A stretch of 64,000 nt of DNA from a phage: the NCBI GenBank assembly GCA_024571205.1, contig GCA_024571205.1_4523.1; one strand, written 5' to 3'. Position 1 is the stretch's first letter; the number at the start of each line of letters is the position of its first letter. Shown one piece after another: positions 8,492 to 16,527 of this stretch. The notes beneath the pieces are model-generated. The model made no database searches and was not told the DNA's origin. It saw only the letters and a list, made by a program, of their open reading frames with translations. Position numbers and translations under genes: made by a program.

Positions 8492-8521
8492 GTTTACAAC
8501 GTTGATAGGTCATGTTACTAT
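8492..8521 (+). promoter_or_regulatory. T4-early-type promoter with flanking near-inverted repeat
   Basis: GTTTAC 8492, 18-nt spacer, tactat 8516-8521; arms gttgataggtc / gacttatcaac. Confidence 0.6.
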
Positions 8522-8548
8522 AGACTTATCAACTAATGGAGAACAAAA

Positions 8549-8707
8549 ATGAAACCTTCAAACTACGCAGTAAAAATTTGGAACGAAGTTAACGGTAATC
8601 GTGATGAATTTTTCAAAGTCATGATTGAGAAATTAGGTAAAAGTTTTAGCATTACAGAACGCAATTATTACGCTATTAAATCCACCCAATATAATCGTTA
8701 TGCTTAA
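8549..8707 (+). CDS. hypothetical protein, 52 aa
   Basis: Below the ORF-track cutoff; RBS GGAGAAC 7 nt before ATG; follows a promoter. Confidence 0.5.
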   Translation: MKPSNYAVKIWNEVNGNRDEFFKVMIEKLGKSFSITERNYYAIKSTQYNRYA

Positions 8708-8717
8708 GGAGAATATC

Positions 8718-9011
8718 ATGAAAAAGTTAACATTAGCAGCAATCTTACTAGCAGTGTCATGTGCACCAGCTCCAGTTACTGCCGGTTATGACAAAGACCT
8801 CTGTGAATGGTCAATGTCAGCAAATCAAGAAGATGTTGAACATCAAATCTTTGCCGATATCATGAACATCACTAAACGTGATCGCCCTAATATGGTTAAT
8901 AAAGTTGTAGAACAACTTCAGTCTGGTGGTATCATGCAGTACAACTATGTTTTGTATTGTGACCCTAATTTCGATAACAAAGATATCGTAACTGAAATCA
9001 CAGGTGAATAA
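8718..9011 (+). CDS. putative secreted protein or lipoprotein, 97 aa
   Basis: Start chosen at MKKLTL after RBS AAGGAG; signal peptide with AVSC lipobox-like cysteine. Confidence 0.6.
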   Translation: MKKLTLAAILLAVSCAPAPVTAGYDKDLCEWSMSANQEDVEHQIFADIMNITKRDRPNMVNKVVEQLQSGGIMQYNYVLYCDPNFDNKDIVTEITGE

Positions 9012-9663
9012 TATGATTTATTATATGCACAAAAATCCACCGTTTAAATACGGTAAATTTCCTGATGCACAATGTTATAATATAACGCCTGATGAAAATA
9101 ACCGTGGATATCTTATTGGCACAATTTTTGTAATTGTTAAAGATAACGAAATCGTTGCCTGGGCAGATTTTAAAGGTACAACACATGATGTTAATCCGGT
9201 GCCTTTCACATATTACAATATAATGGATTTGGCATACGATTATAATTGGTTTAATCATGACACGTTGGCTTATATTGAAGGTGTAGGATTTGATATCTCT
9301 TATTCTAGTTATTCATTATGTCCTATGAGCCGAGCACACGGTAAAGATACCTCATATTTTTCATTTAGGAAACGTGTGAACTTCAAACGTAGCACAGAGT
9401 ATGTCGGTGGAATATTTGTTAAAGATAATCGAATTACTCGTATTAGTTACCCTTTGAGCTGTGGCCAAAAAGATATTGACGTCGATTTAGACTTCACTGA
9501 AAATGTCATTAATCATATTGCTTCCGTATATTTTGACATCGATGAAAAAATTGTAGTGTGCGGTTACGAATTGCCACCGGAAGAAAAGATCGAAGCAATT
9601 GAAGTCGAATTAAAAGTTTCTATTGATGACCAAATCTTTAACGCATTTATGAATCGAGGTTAA
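9004..9663 (+). CDS. hypothetical protein, 219 aa
   Basis: Long ORF, AT-rich, no recognised motif. Confidence 0.6.
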   Translation: MNNMIYYMHKNPPFKYGKFPDAQCYNITPDENNRGYLIGTIFVIVKDNEIVAWADFKGTTHDVNPVPFTYYNIMDLAYDYNWFNHDTLAYIEGVGFDISYSSYSLCPMSRAHGKDTSYFSFRKRVNFKRSTEYVGGIFVKDNRITRISYPLSCGQKDIDVDLDFTENVINHIASVYFDIDEKIVVCGYELPPEEKIEAIEVELKVSIDDQIFNAFMNRG

Positions 9664-9664
9664 T

Positions 9665-9862
9665 ATGATTACTGCAACTTGTGCCGGCTCAAAAATTGAT
9701 GTGTTTCAATTGTTTGAAGAATATGAAATTGTTTCTAAGAACAAAGACTTTATTCAAGTTCGTGCTGACGATGGTACTGTCTGGAACATCCCCCATTATA
9801 ACGACGAGACCTATGAAGTCACAGATGCAAATGGTGACAAAGCAATCTTTGTGATTGATTAA
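9665..9862 (+). CDS. hypothetical protein, 65 aa
   Basis: Tightly packed downstream ORF (TAATATG junction). Confidence 0.5.
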   Translation: MITATCAGSKIDVFQLFEEYEIVSKNKDFIQVRADDGTVWNIPHYNDETYEVTDANGDKAIFVID

Positions 9863-9881
9863 ATATACTCAGGAGGTACCT

Positions 9882-10349
9882 ATGGGTATTATTAACACTG
9901 CAATAGATTCAGTTTATGCATATAAGTTTATTCGACTAATGCAAAAACCTTTTACCGAATGGAAAGCATACGAAGCCAAAATCATCGACGAACGTGGAAG
10001 TGTTCTTAAACGTCCTTCTACTCCTGAAGAGAAAGCGGCTTATACACCTTTCCATGCTTCAGTTCGTTCAATGAAACGAATGTTGAGCACTGTTCCCGGT
10101 CTTAATGGAATGGCCTCAATGATGTCCGCCTGGAGTGCTGTAGCATCCCGCTATAACATCACAGAAGAACAACAGAAAGAAATATTTAAAGAACTCCCTT
10201 TATTTGAGGATATGGTTGCTGGTGATTCAGGTGGCAGTCCTCAAGCTATTGCATCAGGAACTACTACAGGTGCAGTTGTAAATAAAGGTCCAGAACAAAT
10301 TCCTTCCAAGAAAAGAAAGCGAATTAAAGTAAATATCAATAAGTTGTGA
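9882..10349 (+). CDS. hypothetical protein, 155 aa
   Basis: Start moved to ATG 9882, which follows RBS AGGAGG; basic C-terminus KKRKRIK. Confidence 0.55.
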   Translation: MGIINTAIDSVYAYKFIRLMQKPFTEWKAYEAKIIDERGSVLKRPSTPEEKAAYTPFHASVRSMKRMLSTVPGLNGMASMMSAWSAVASRYNITEEQQKEIFKELPLFEDMVAGDSGGSPQAIASGTTTGAVVNKGPEQIPSKKRKRIKVNINKL

Positions 10350-10356
10350 TATGATG

Positions 10357-10376
10357 GCCTTATTAATTTAAGGCCT
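10357..10376 (+). promoter_or_regulatory. stem-loop immediately upstream of the gene 61 RBS
   Basis: GGCCTTA-ttaatt-TAAGGCC, then tctGGAGaatactATG. Confidence 0.4.
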
Positions 10377-10388
10377 CTGGAGAATACT

Positions 10389-11411
10389 ATGGCTGAATGG
10401 ATAGATAATGAATTTGCTTATCGTGCGTTTTCTCACCTACCTCGTTTTAGACAAATCAATAATTCAAGCACATTTAAATTAACGTTTCGTTGTCCAGTTT
10501 GTGGCGACTCTCAGACAGATGCAATGAAAGCCCGCGGATGGTATTATGGCGGTACTCCAGGTAATGTGCATTGCTATAACTGTCAATATCATAATACGAT
10601 TTCCGGATACTTAAAAGAGTATGACGAAGAGCTTTATCGTGAATATCTAATGGAAGTTCGTAAAGAAAAAGCTAGAATGGAACCAAAGATTGAAAAGGTT
10701 CCTGAACATAAACCAGAACCGGAGAAAAAGACTATAAATTCTTTGCCGTCTTGTTCTCGTCTGGACAAGTTGCCTGAAGAGCATCCTATTGTGAAATATG
10801 TTAAGTCTCGGTGTATTCCTAAAGAATCGTGGAACAGATTATGGTTCACATTAGAATGGCCTAAATTGGTCAACAAGATTCAACCAGGCACGTATAAGAA
10901 AGAGATTCCAGAACCGCGTTTAGTGATTCCTATTTTTAATAAAGACGGGAAGGCTGAGTCATTTCAAGGACGTGCACTTCGCAAAGATGCTCCTCAGAAA
11001 TATATAACTATTAAAGCGTTTGAGTCTGCAACAAAAATTTATGGTGTTGAACGTGTTAAGGAAGGAGACGTCTGGGTAATGGAAGGCCCTATTGATAGTT
11101 TATTCATACCCAATGCAATCGCTATTACAGGCGGTTCAATAGATTTAGATGTGGTACCATTTAAAGAACGTCGGGTATGGGTGATGGATAATGAACCTAG
11201 GCATCCGGATACTATAGCTCGTATGAAGCGATTAGTAGATGCAGGCGAACGTGTTATGTTCTGGGACCGAGCTCCATGGAGTTCAAAGGATGTGAATGAT
11301 ATGGTAATGAAAGAAAATGCAACACCACAAGAAATTTTAGAATATATGAAACAGAATATTTCAAGTGGGTTGCATGCTAAAATGAGATTATCTCGTTATT
11401 CGAAGATTTAA
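10389..11411 (+). CDS. 61: gp61 DNA primase
   Basis: N-terminal zinc ribbon CPVCGDS..CYNC and TOPRIM-like C-terminal part; strong match to recalled T4 gp61. Confidence 0.9.
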   Translation: MAEWIDNEFAYRAFSHLPRFRQINNSSTFKLTFRCPVCGDSQTDAMKARGWYYGGTPGNVHCYNCQYHNTISGYLKEYDEELYREYLMEVRKEKARMEPKIEKVPEHKPEPEKKTINSLPSCSRLDKLPEEHPIVKYVKSRCIPKESWNRLWFTLEWPKLVNKIQPGTYKKEIPEPRLVIPIFNKDGKAESFQGRALRKDAPQKYITIKAFESATKIYGVERVKEGDVWVMEGPIDSLFIPNAIAITGGSIDLDVVPFKERRVWVMDNEPRHPDTIARMKRLVDAGERVMFWDRAPWSSKDVNDMVMKENATPQEILEYMKQNISSGLHAKMRLSRYSKI

Positions 11412-11605
11412 ACAAGCCCTATAATAGCAAAGGCCAAATCAACTACAGTATCCAATGGAACAGAAGGAACTATAATACCATGGGCAACTAACAATGGTGC
11501 AATCCCGAAGTTCCATGAAATAATGCCACCTACAACTATTGCGGCGATAGCAGTTTTCTTTTTATTGCCTTTAATAGCGTTGATTAACGATGGAAGTTTA
11601 AACAT
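11408..11605 (-). CDS. small hydrophobic membrane protein, 65 aa, convergent with gene 61
   Basis: Minus-strand ORF with strong RBS (taAGGAGatatt-ATG); two hydrophobic segments; LPSLINAIKGNKKK motif loosely Imm-like. Confidence 0.5.
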   Translation of the reverse strand: MFKLPSLINAIKGNKKKTAIAAIVVGGIISWNFGIAPLLVAHGIIVPSVPLDTVVDLAFAIIGLV

Positions 11606-11693
11606 AATATCTCCTTAGTTACCTATTATTTATTACGCTTTATAAAATTAATGTTAGAATTAACTCTCTTATACTGAATTGAAAGGAAAAATA

Positions 11694-12215
11694 ATGGCGC
11701 ACTTTAATGAATGTTCACAACTTATTTCTGGTGTTGATAAAGCAGAAGAAGCTTATTTTAATGCTCTGATTCACGAAGATAAAGACCCACTGCAGGTAAT
11801 GCTTGATATGCAGAAATCTTTACAGGTTCGTCTGGCAAATGACAAGCCTGAACATAACAAACATCCTGATGAATTGGCTACTGCTGGTGATGTTGTTGAT
11901 TGGCTGCGTAATCAGAAAGATTATATTGATGATGAATTCCGTGAACTGCTGACTTCACTTGGTGGTATGAGCAATGGTGAAAAAGCCGCTAGCAGTGTAT
12001 GGAAGCCATGGAAAGCACAACATGCTGAATATCGAAATCGTCGTATCGATGAACTGTCTCCTGAAGACCAGCTTGAAATTAAATTTGAAATGATTGATAT
12101 TCTGCATTTCGTTCTAAATATGTTCCAAGGTCTTGGTCTTTCTGCTGAAGAAATCTTTAAACTTTACTACTTGAAAAACCAACACAACTTTGAACGTCAG
12201 GATAATGGTTACTAA
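11694..12215 (+). CDS. 56: gp56 dCTPase/dUTPase (dCTP pyrophosphatase)
   Basis: MAHFNEC start after RBS AGGAAA; MazG-like motifs; matches recalled T4 gp56. Confidence 0.85.
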   Translation: MAHFNECSQLISGVDKAEEAYFNALIHEDKDPLQVMLDMQKSLQVRLANDKPEHNKHPDELATAGDVVDWLRNQKDYIDDEFRELLTSLGGMSNGEKAASSVWKPWKAQHAEYRNRRIDELSPEDQLEIKFEMIDILHFVLNMFQGLGLSAEEIFKLYYLKNQHNFERQDNGY

Positions 12216-12221
12216 TTAAGT

Positions 12222-12229
12222 TATAAATA
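12222..12229 (+). promoter_or_regulatory. late promoter TATAAATA upstream of soc
   Basis: Exact TATAAATA about 30 nt upstream of soc ATG. Confidence 0.5.
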
Positions 12230-12260
12230 CACCTGTAATTAAACAACAAAGGAGTTAATT

Positions 12261-12497
12261 ATGGGTGGTTATGTAAACATCAAAACCTTTACGCATCCTG
12301 CTGGTGAAGGCAAAGAAGTTAAAGGTATGGAAGTTTCTGTTCCGTTTGAGATTTATTCAAACGAACATCGGATTGCAGATTCTCATTATCAGACTTTCCC
12401 GTCTGAAAAAGCTGCTTACACTACTGTGGTGACTGACGCAGCAGATTGGCGTACTAAGAACGCTGCAATGTTTACCCCTACACCAGTAAGTGGTTAA
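12261..12497 (+). CDS. soc: Soc small outer capsid protein
   Basis: 78 aa; YVNIKTF..HYQTFPSEKAAYTTV matches recalled T4 Soc. Confidence 0.8.
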   Translation: MGGYVNIKTFTHPAGEGKEVKGMEVSVPFEIYSNEHRIADSHYQTFPSEKAAYTTVVTDAADWRTKNAAMFTPTPVSG

Positions 12498-12505
12498 ATA
12501 ATTTA

Positions 12506-12531
12506 AGGAATCCTTCGGGATTCCTTTTTTC
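12506..12531 (+). terminator. intrinsic terminator (UUCG tetraloop)
   Basis: AGGAATCCttcgGGATTCCT followed by TTTTTT. Confidence 0.75.
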
Positions 12532-12540
12532 GTTTCTAGA

Positions 12541-12570
12541 GTTTACATCCACTAAAAACTATGTTAAGAT
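12541..12570 (+). promoter_or_regulatory. T4-early-type promoter
   Basis: GTTTAC 12541, 18-nt spacer, taagat; precedes ATG 12599. Confidence 0.55.
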
Positions 12571-12598
12571 ATTCTTACTTACTCAAGAGGAGAACATT

Positions 12599-12826
12599 AT
12601 GTTAAATCGTTGGATTAAACCTAATAACACATTAGGCGCTTTGATTGCACAAGAAGTTTCGTTGAAATACGGACTTGGATATTATGATGACGTAGTCGTA
12701 CACTCATTCATGATGGATGGTGAAGACGTCAAATTTAATGCCGAAATCCGTTGGGATGATGGTGGTGTTCGTTTTGTTCGAGGAACAATTAATGCTTACG
12801 ATACTGAAGAAGTTATTTGCTGTTAA
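12599..12826 (+). CDS. hypothetical protein, 75 aa
   Basis: RBS GAGGAGAA; follows a promoter. Confidence 0.55.
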   Translation: MLNRWIKPNNTLGALIAQEVSLKYGLGYYDDVVVHSFMMDGEDVKFNAEIRWDDGGVRFVRGTINAYDTEEVICC

Positions 12827-12839
12827 ACCAGGCGAAGGT

Positions 12840-13028
12840 ATGATGCCTATTCCTGATACACACGAAAAAAGTTGGGAATACATTGGTGACGGCATGATGG
12901 AAGAAGTTATTCGTCCTAAGTCTGCTTCAAGCTCTTCAAGTTATAATCATTCATACGTATCGTCTTGGCCTGGTGATTCCGGGTCAAGTTATTCTGATTG
13001 TGGTTCAAGCTCAGGGAGCTGCGAATGA
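12840..13028 (+). CDS. hypothetical Ser-rich small protein, 62 aa
   Basis: Start trimmed to ATG 12840 (the track N-extension overlaps the previous gene); C-terminus SASSSSSYNHSYVSS..GSSSGSCE. Confidence 0.45.
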   Translation: MMPIPDTHEKSWEYIGDGMMEEVIRPKSASSSSSYNHSYVSSWPGDSGSSYSDCGSSSGSCE

Positions 13029-13204
13029 ACAAGATAGTTAAATGGTTTAAAAGCTGGGACGATGGTGTCGGTCCAGAAGATTGGTTAGATGTTCTTGAAG
13101 AGAATATGGCTAAAGAATTCCAGAAACATGAAGAAAAGCTCGTCGAAGATGAAGGCGAACGTATTGTAAAACTTTATATGGGTGAACCATCGAGGAAATT
13201 ATAA
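13025..13204 (+). CDS. hypothetical protein, 59 aa
   Basis: ATGA overlap with upstream stop; start MNKIVKWFK. Confidence 0.45.
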   Translation: MNKIVKWFKSWDDGVGPEDWLDVLEENMAKEFQKHEEKLVEDEGERIVKLYMGEPSRKL

Positions 13205-13668
13205 TGGATGCTATGTTATTTAAAATGTATTTGCTTGAAGCCAAGTCATTTAAACATATACCAGTAGAAGATAAGACTCCACTAGAAATAGCTATTCTCA
13301 TTAACAAAAGTCTAAATAATCCGCAATATATCGTAGAAGAATTCTGCAAATTGCAGATTCCTAAAGGTTACAAAATTCGTGTAGAGCGAGTTGGAGCTAT
13401 TACTCATTCTAAAAATTCTCCGTTTAGTCTTGAAGAAGGCATAAAGGACTTAGGTTATGAATCTACAGAAAATGCTGTTTATGTGAATCCTGAAAAGCGT
13501 TTAGACCTGTTTGAAAAGCGAGACCATACGTATTTTGCCAAAAAATACTTTATTACATCATTAGCAGATTTAATCCATTTGCAACGAGCTATTTGGAAAT
13601 TTTTTAAGACAAAAGGTGTAGCACTAGAAACATTCTCTGAACCTGCTAGTTTTTATTTAGGTGAATAA
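13204..13668 (+). CDS. hypothetical protein, 154 aa
   Basis: ORF in a tightly coupled array. Confidence 0.6.
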   Translation: MDAMLFKMYLLEAKSFKHIPVEDKTPLEIAILINKSLNNPQYIVEEFCKLQIPKGYKIRVERVGAITHSKNSPFSLEEGIKDLGYESTENAVYVNPEKRLDLFEKRDHTYFAKKYFITSLADLIHLQRAIWKFFKTKGVALETFSEPASFYLGE

Positions 13669-13849
13669 TATGGACCTTATGAGTATGTTTGATGAGCCTG
13701 AAGTCAAGGCTCCTAAAGTGCATCATAGTGAACTTGTTGATGAACTAGATAGTATTATACAACGACACGGCTTTAGTTTACCTGTTGAAGCCCTGAAAGA
13801 CCTTGCCTCTTATTATGACGACCCTCCACCATGGAGTCCTTGGAAATGA
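13661..13849 (+). CDS. hypothetical protein, 62 aa
   Basis: Overlaps upstream stop; acidic. Confidence 0.45.
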   Translation: MNNMDLMSMFDEPEVKAPKVHHSELVDELDSIIQRHGFSLPVEALKDLASYYDDPPPWSPWK

Positions 13850-14010
13850 AAGAGAAATTTAAAGAGAAATTCTTACTAGAAATCAAGGAAAAAGACTTTG
13901 AGACATGGTATCGAATGGTGAAAGGGTTAACATTGCTTTTTAAAGCATCGTTATTCATGTTAGAACAACCTGGCCCTGATGGACCTTTAGTAGGAAAGCT
14001 TAAAAAGTAG
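13846..14010 (+). CDS. hypothetical protein, 54 aa
   Basis: ATGA overlap; below the ORF-track cutoff. Confidence 0.4.
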   Translation: MKEKFKEKFLLEIKEKDFETWYRMVKGLTLLFKASLFMLEQPGPDGPLVGKLKK

Positions 14011-14038
14011 TTTACATTCCCTCCTCTCGTGTTATGAT
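14010..14038 (+). promoter_or_regulatory. T4-early-type promoter
   Basis: GTTTAC 14010, 17-nt spacer, tatgat 14033-14038; precedes ATG 14066. Confidence 0.55.
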
Positions 14039-14065
14039 AGGCTTATCTTTAAATGGAGGTCTATC

Positions 14066-14647
14066 ATGACATGTCAATCTGAACTTCAAGAACGCGAATA
14101 TCTCGCAGCACTAATTGATGATAAATTCACTAAACAAGAACAAAACATTCTCTGGGCTTGCACTGATTATAAGGAAGACCCAGATTTCCACTATGAATTA
14201 GACCGTCTTGTTCGTAAGCATATGACTTCTACAGTACCAGTAGAACTCTACCGTGGTGTAACTCCAGAAGAAGTAGAACATCTTTCATTGTTATCTGTAG
14301 GATGCCATTGGTCTCCTGGACGAGTAACATCGTTTACAACAGACTTTGGTACGGCCAGACAGTTCTCTGGGAGTTGGGAATATCAAACGTACACTATTCT
14401 TAGTCTCAGGAATGCTCCGTTCATTTTCGATTACTACCAAAACATGGTTAACATTGTACTCGCCGGAAAGAACCCTAAGCATGTTATGGAAGAAAAACGT
14501 GTTGACGTCCTAGATATGATTGAATCTGAACAAGAATACATGGTCTCAGGTATCTCTAGATTTGAGATTGTAGAAATTGAAGACTTAGAATATGACCCTT
14601 TATCTCGGTTATACAAAATCATTCATTTGAAAATGTTGAATTTTTAG
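14066..14647 (+). CDS. Mod-type ADP-ribosyltransferase (R-S-E class), 193 aa
   Basis: R (ELYRGV), S-x-T (TSFTT) and E-x-E (EQEYMVSG) motifs; tandem paralog follows, as with T4 modB/modA. Confidence 0.75.
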   Translation: MTCQSELQEREYLAALIDDKFTKQEQNILWACTDYKEDPDFHYELDRLVRKHMTSTVPVELYRGVTPEEVEHLSLLSVGCHWSPGRVTSFTTDFGTARQFSGSWEYQTYTILSLRNAPFIFDYYQNMVNIVLAGKNPKHVMEEKRVDVLDMIESEQEYMVSGISRFEIVEIEDLEYDPLSRLYKIIHLKMLNF

Positions 14648-14676
14648 TGTACAAACTCTTCCGATGATGATACTAT
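14647..14676 (+). promoter_or_regulatory. T4-early-type promoter (GTGTAC variant)
   Basis: gtgtac, 18-nt spacer, tactat; precedes ATG 14705. Confidence 0.5.
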
Positions 14677-14704
14677 ACCTTTATCAACCACAGGAGAAAC
14701 CTAA

Positions 14705-15313
14705 ATGTTTATGCCGTATAACGAGTGTGAAATTGAAGAAATGGTTCGTCGTGCTCAATGCCCTGAATATCAAGATGAATTGCAGTACGAAATTGATAGT
14801 CAATTCAGCGACATTGAACAAAGTGTACTATGGCAGTGTATGGAAAACAAGCCTGATAGCATCCAACAAGATTTAAGTGCAATTGTTCGTAGAAATTGGA
14901 CGTCTTCTGTTCCTGAGACAATGTATCGTGGAATCTCTAAGAAAACTATGGCCACACTCGATGATAAAGGCATTGGTAGTATTATTAAATTTGACAGAGT
15001 AATGAGCTTTAGTCCAGTGTTCGGTGTAGCACGTAACTTTGCTTCGTATAATTTTTACGGAACATTTAATATGTTCTGCATCAAAGATGCACCATTTGCT
15101 TTCAACTTCCGTGAACATATGCTTAACATGATTCTGGCTGCGCCATCTTGTGAGTTCAATGGAGCTTTCCCTGAAGCGACAAGACGGTCTAATGCTAGAC
15201 TTATATCTGACGAATGTGAATTTATGCTCCCTATAGGGACTACACTGCGTGTAGATTCTATTATTCAAGATGGAAATTATACAATCTGGAATCTGTCTAT
15301 TGTCGGTTACTGA
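14705..15313 (+). CDS. Mod-type ADP-ribosyltransferase (R-S-E class), 202 aa
   Basis: TMYRGIS, MSFSP, ECEFMLP motifs; paralog of 14066-14647. Confidence 0.75.
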   Translation: MFMPYNECEIEEMVRRAQCPEYQDELQYEIDSQFSDIEQSVLWQCMENKPDSIQQDLSAIVRRNWTSSVPETMYRGISKKTMATLDDKGIGSIIKFDRVMSFSPVFGVARNFASYNFYGTFNMFCIKDAPFAFNFREHMLNMILAAPSCEFNGAFPEATRRSNARLISDECEFMLPIGTTLRVDSIIQDGNYTIWNLSIVGY

Positions 15314-15387
15314 CTGGATTGGAATAACCGGATGGAACTCAGAACCATTATAACACATAAAAAATTAAAGCATTTTACGAAAAAAGA

Positions 15388-15416
15388 GTGTACACTACCT
15401 GAGGGCATGATATTAT
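15388..15416 (+). promoter_or_regulatory. T4-early-type promoter (GTGTAC variant)
   Basis: gtgtac 15388, 17-nt spacer, tattat 15411-15416. Confidence 0.5.
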
Positions 15417-15466
15417 AAGCTTATCAGCTAAATGACCTTAACGTCCGTAAGACAGAGGAAAATATT

Positions 15467-16213
15467 ATGTTATCAAATAATAAAATTAACAAAATCAATC
15501 GTCGTCTTGACCACACCAGAGCTTCTGCGAAGAGACGCTCTAAGGATTTTAACTTAGACTTTAATTACCTTAAAAACATTCTTGATCAAAAGGTCTGCGC
15601 TTACTCAGGTGAATCTTTCAATAACTCTGTTGAAGGTGAGAAATTATCCTTAGAACGTTTTGATAACGATATCGGCTACATTAAAGGTAATGTTATCCCA
15701 GTTAAGAAAAAATATAACACGGCTCGTTCCGATTTAACATTAGAAGAACTTATCGAGAAACGTGATGCCATTGCAAGGCGTATCGCTAATCCTTCTGCCC
15801 GTAAAGTAGAGAAACTTAATCTCGACGAGAAGAAATGGGCCCAAATCAAAAAGGTTTATGATACTATTTTAAAAATCCGAGCAAAACGTGAAAATCGTGT
15901 TAAGCATATGACGAACATGATGAAAAATCAACCTTTATCTAACGAATCTAAACTTAGAATTGTTGCTTTGAAAGCACGCATTAATGGCTCGCATCAAGCA
16001 GAAGGCCATGAACTTACTAAACTCAACGTTCTTCTTAAAGGCTCTGACTGGAAAACTAAAACTAAATTAACTGACGCTGAATCGCTTTTCGATACATATG
16101 ATAAAGTTATCCAAGGTCTGCAACGTTTTGAAAAGATTGGTTTCATTGGTAAATTAAAATTGAAACGTGGCCTACCACTTAGCGCATCATTATTCCAACT
16201 GATTAAAGGTTAA
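15467..16213 (+). CDS. hypothetical basic protein, 248 aa (srd position)
   Basis: Lys/Arg-rich; lies between the mod genes and dda, where T4 has srd. Confidence 0.55.
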   Translation: MLSNNKINKINRRLDHTRASAKRRSKDFNLDFNYLKNILDQKVCAYSGESFNNSVEGEKLSLERFDNDIGYIKGNVIPVKKKYNTARSDLTLEELIEKRDAIARRIANPSARKVEKLNLDEKKWAQIKKVYDTILKIRAKRENRVKHMTNMMKNQPLSNESKLRIVALKARINGSHQAEGHELTKLNVLLKGSDWKTKTKLTDAESLFDTYDKVIQGLQRFEKIGFIGKLKLKRGLPLSASLFQLIKG

Positions 16214-16215
16214 TT

Positions 16216-16527
16216 ATGGTTTATGTATATGCAATAGTTTATCGAGATATGGAAGGATTTACTGTCCCAGTTCCACTTGATGAACATCGTCCTGCAGTAT
16301 TTTTTAGAAAGGATATTGCAGATAAAGTTTTCGATACTTTGAAAACACAGTATAAAACAGATTTAAAAATGGGAGTTCTAAGAATGGTCGAAACTCCGCG
16401 TAAGTTCTGGTTTAATAAGCTTGAAATGAAACACATTAAACTAGATGCGGAGACGCAAAGATTGTATCAACGAATTCTAGATACTGGCCGTATTGTTAGT
16501 ATTCCAATTGCAGGGACTTTACGATGA
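16216..16527 (+). CDS. hypothetical protein, 103 aa (dda.1 position)
   Basis: ORF directly upstream of and overlapping dda. Confidence 0.55.
   Translation: MVYVYAIVYRDMEGFTVPVPLDEHRPAVFFRKDIADKVFDTLKTQYKTDLKMGVLRMVETPRKFWFNKLEMKHIKLDAETQRLYQRILDTGRIVSIPIAGTLR

Noticed and set aside
14873-15358. Minus-strand 161-aa ORF overlapping the second Mod-type ADP-ribosyltransferase gene
   Set aside because: Antisense to a motif-supported gene; no start context.
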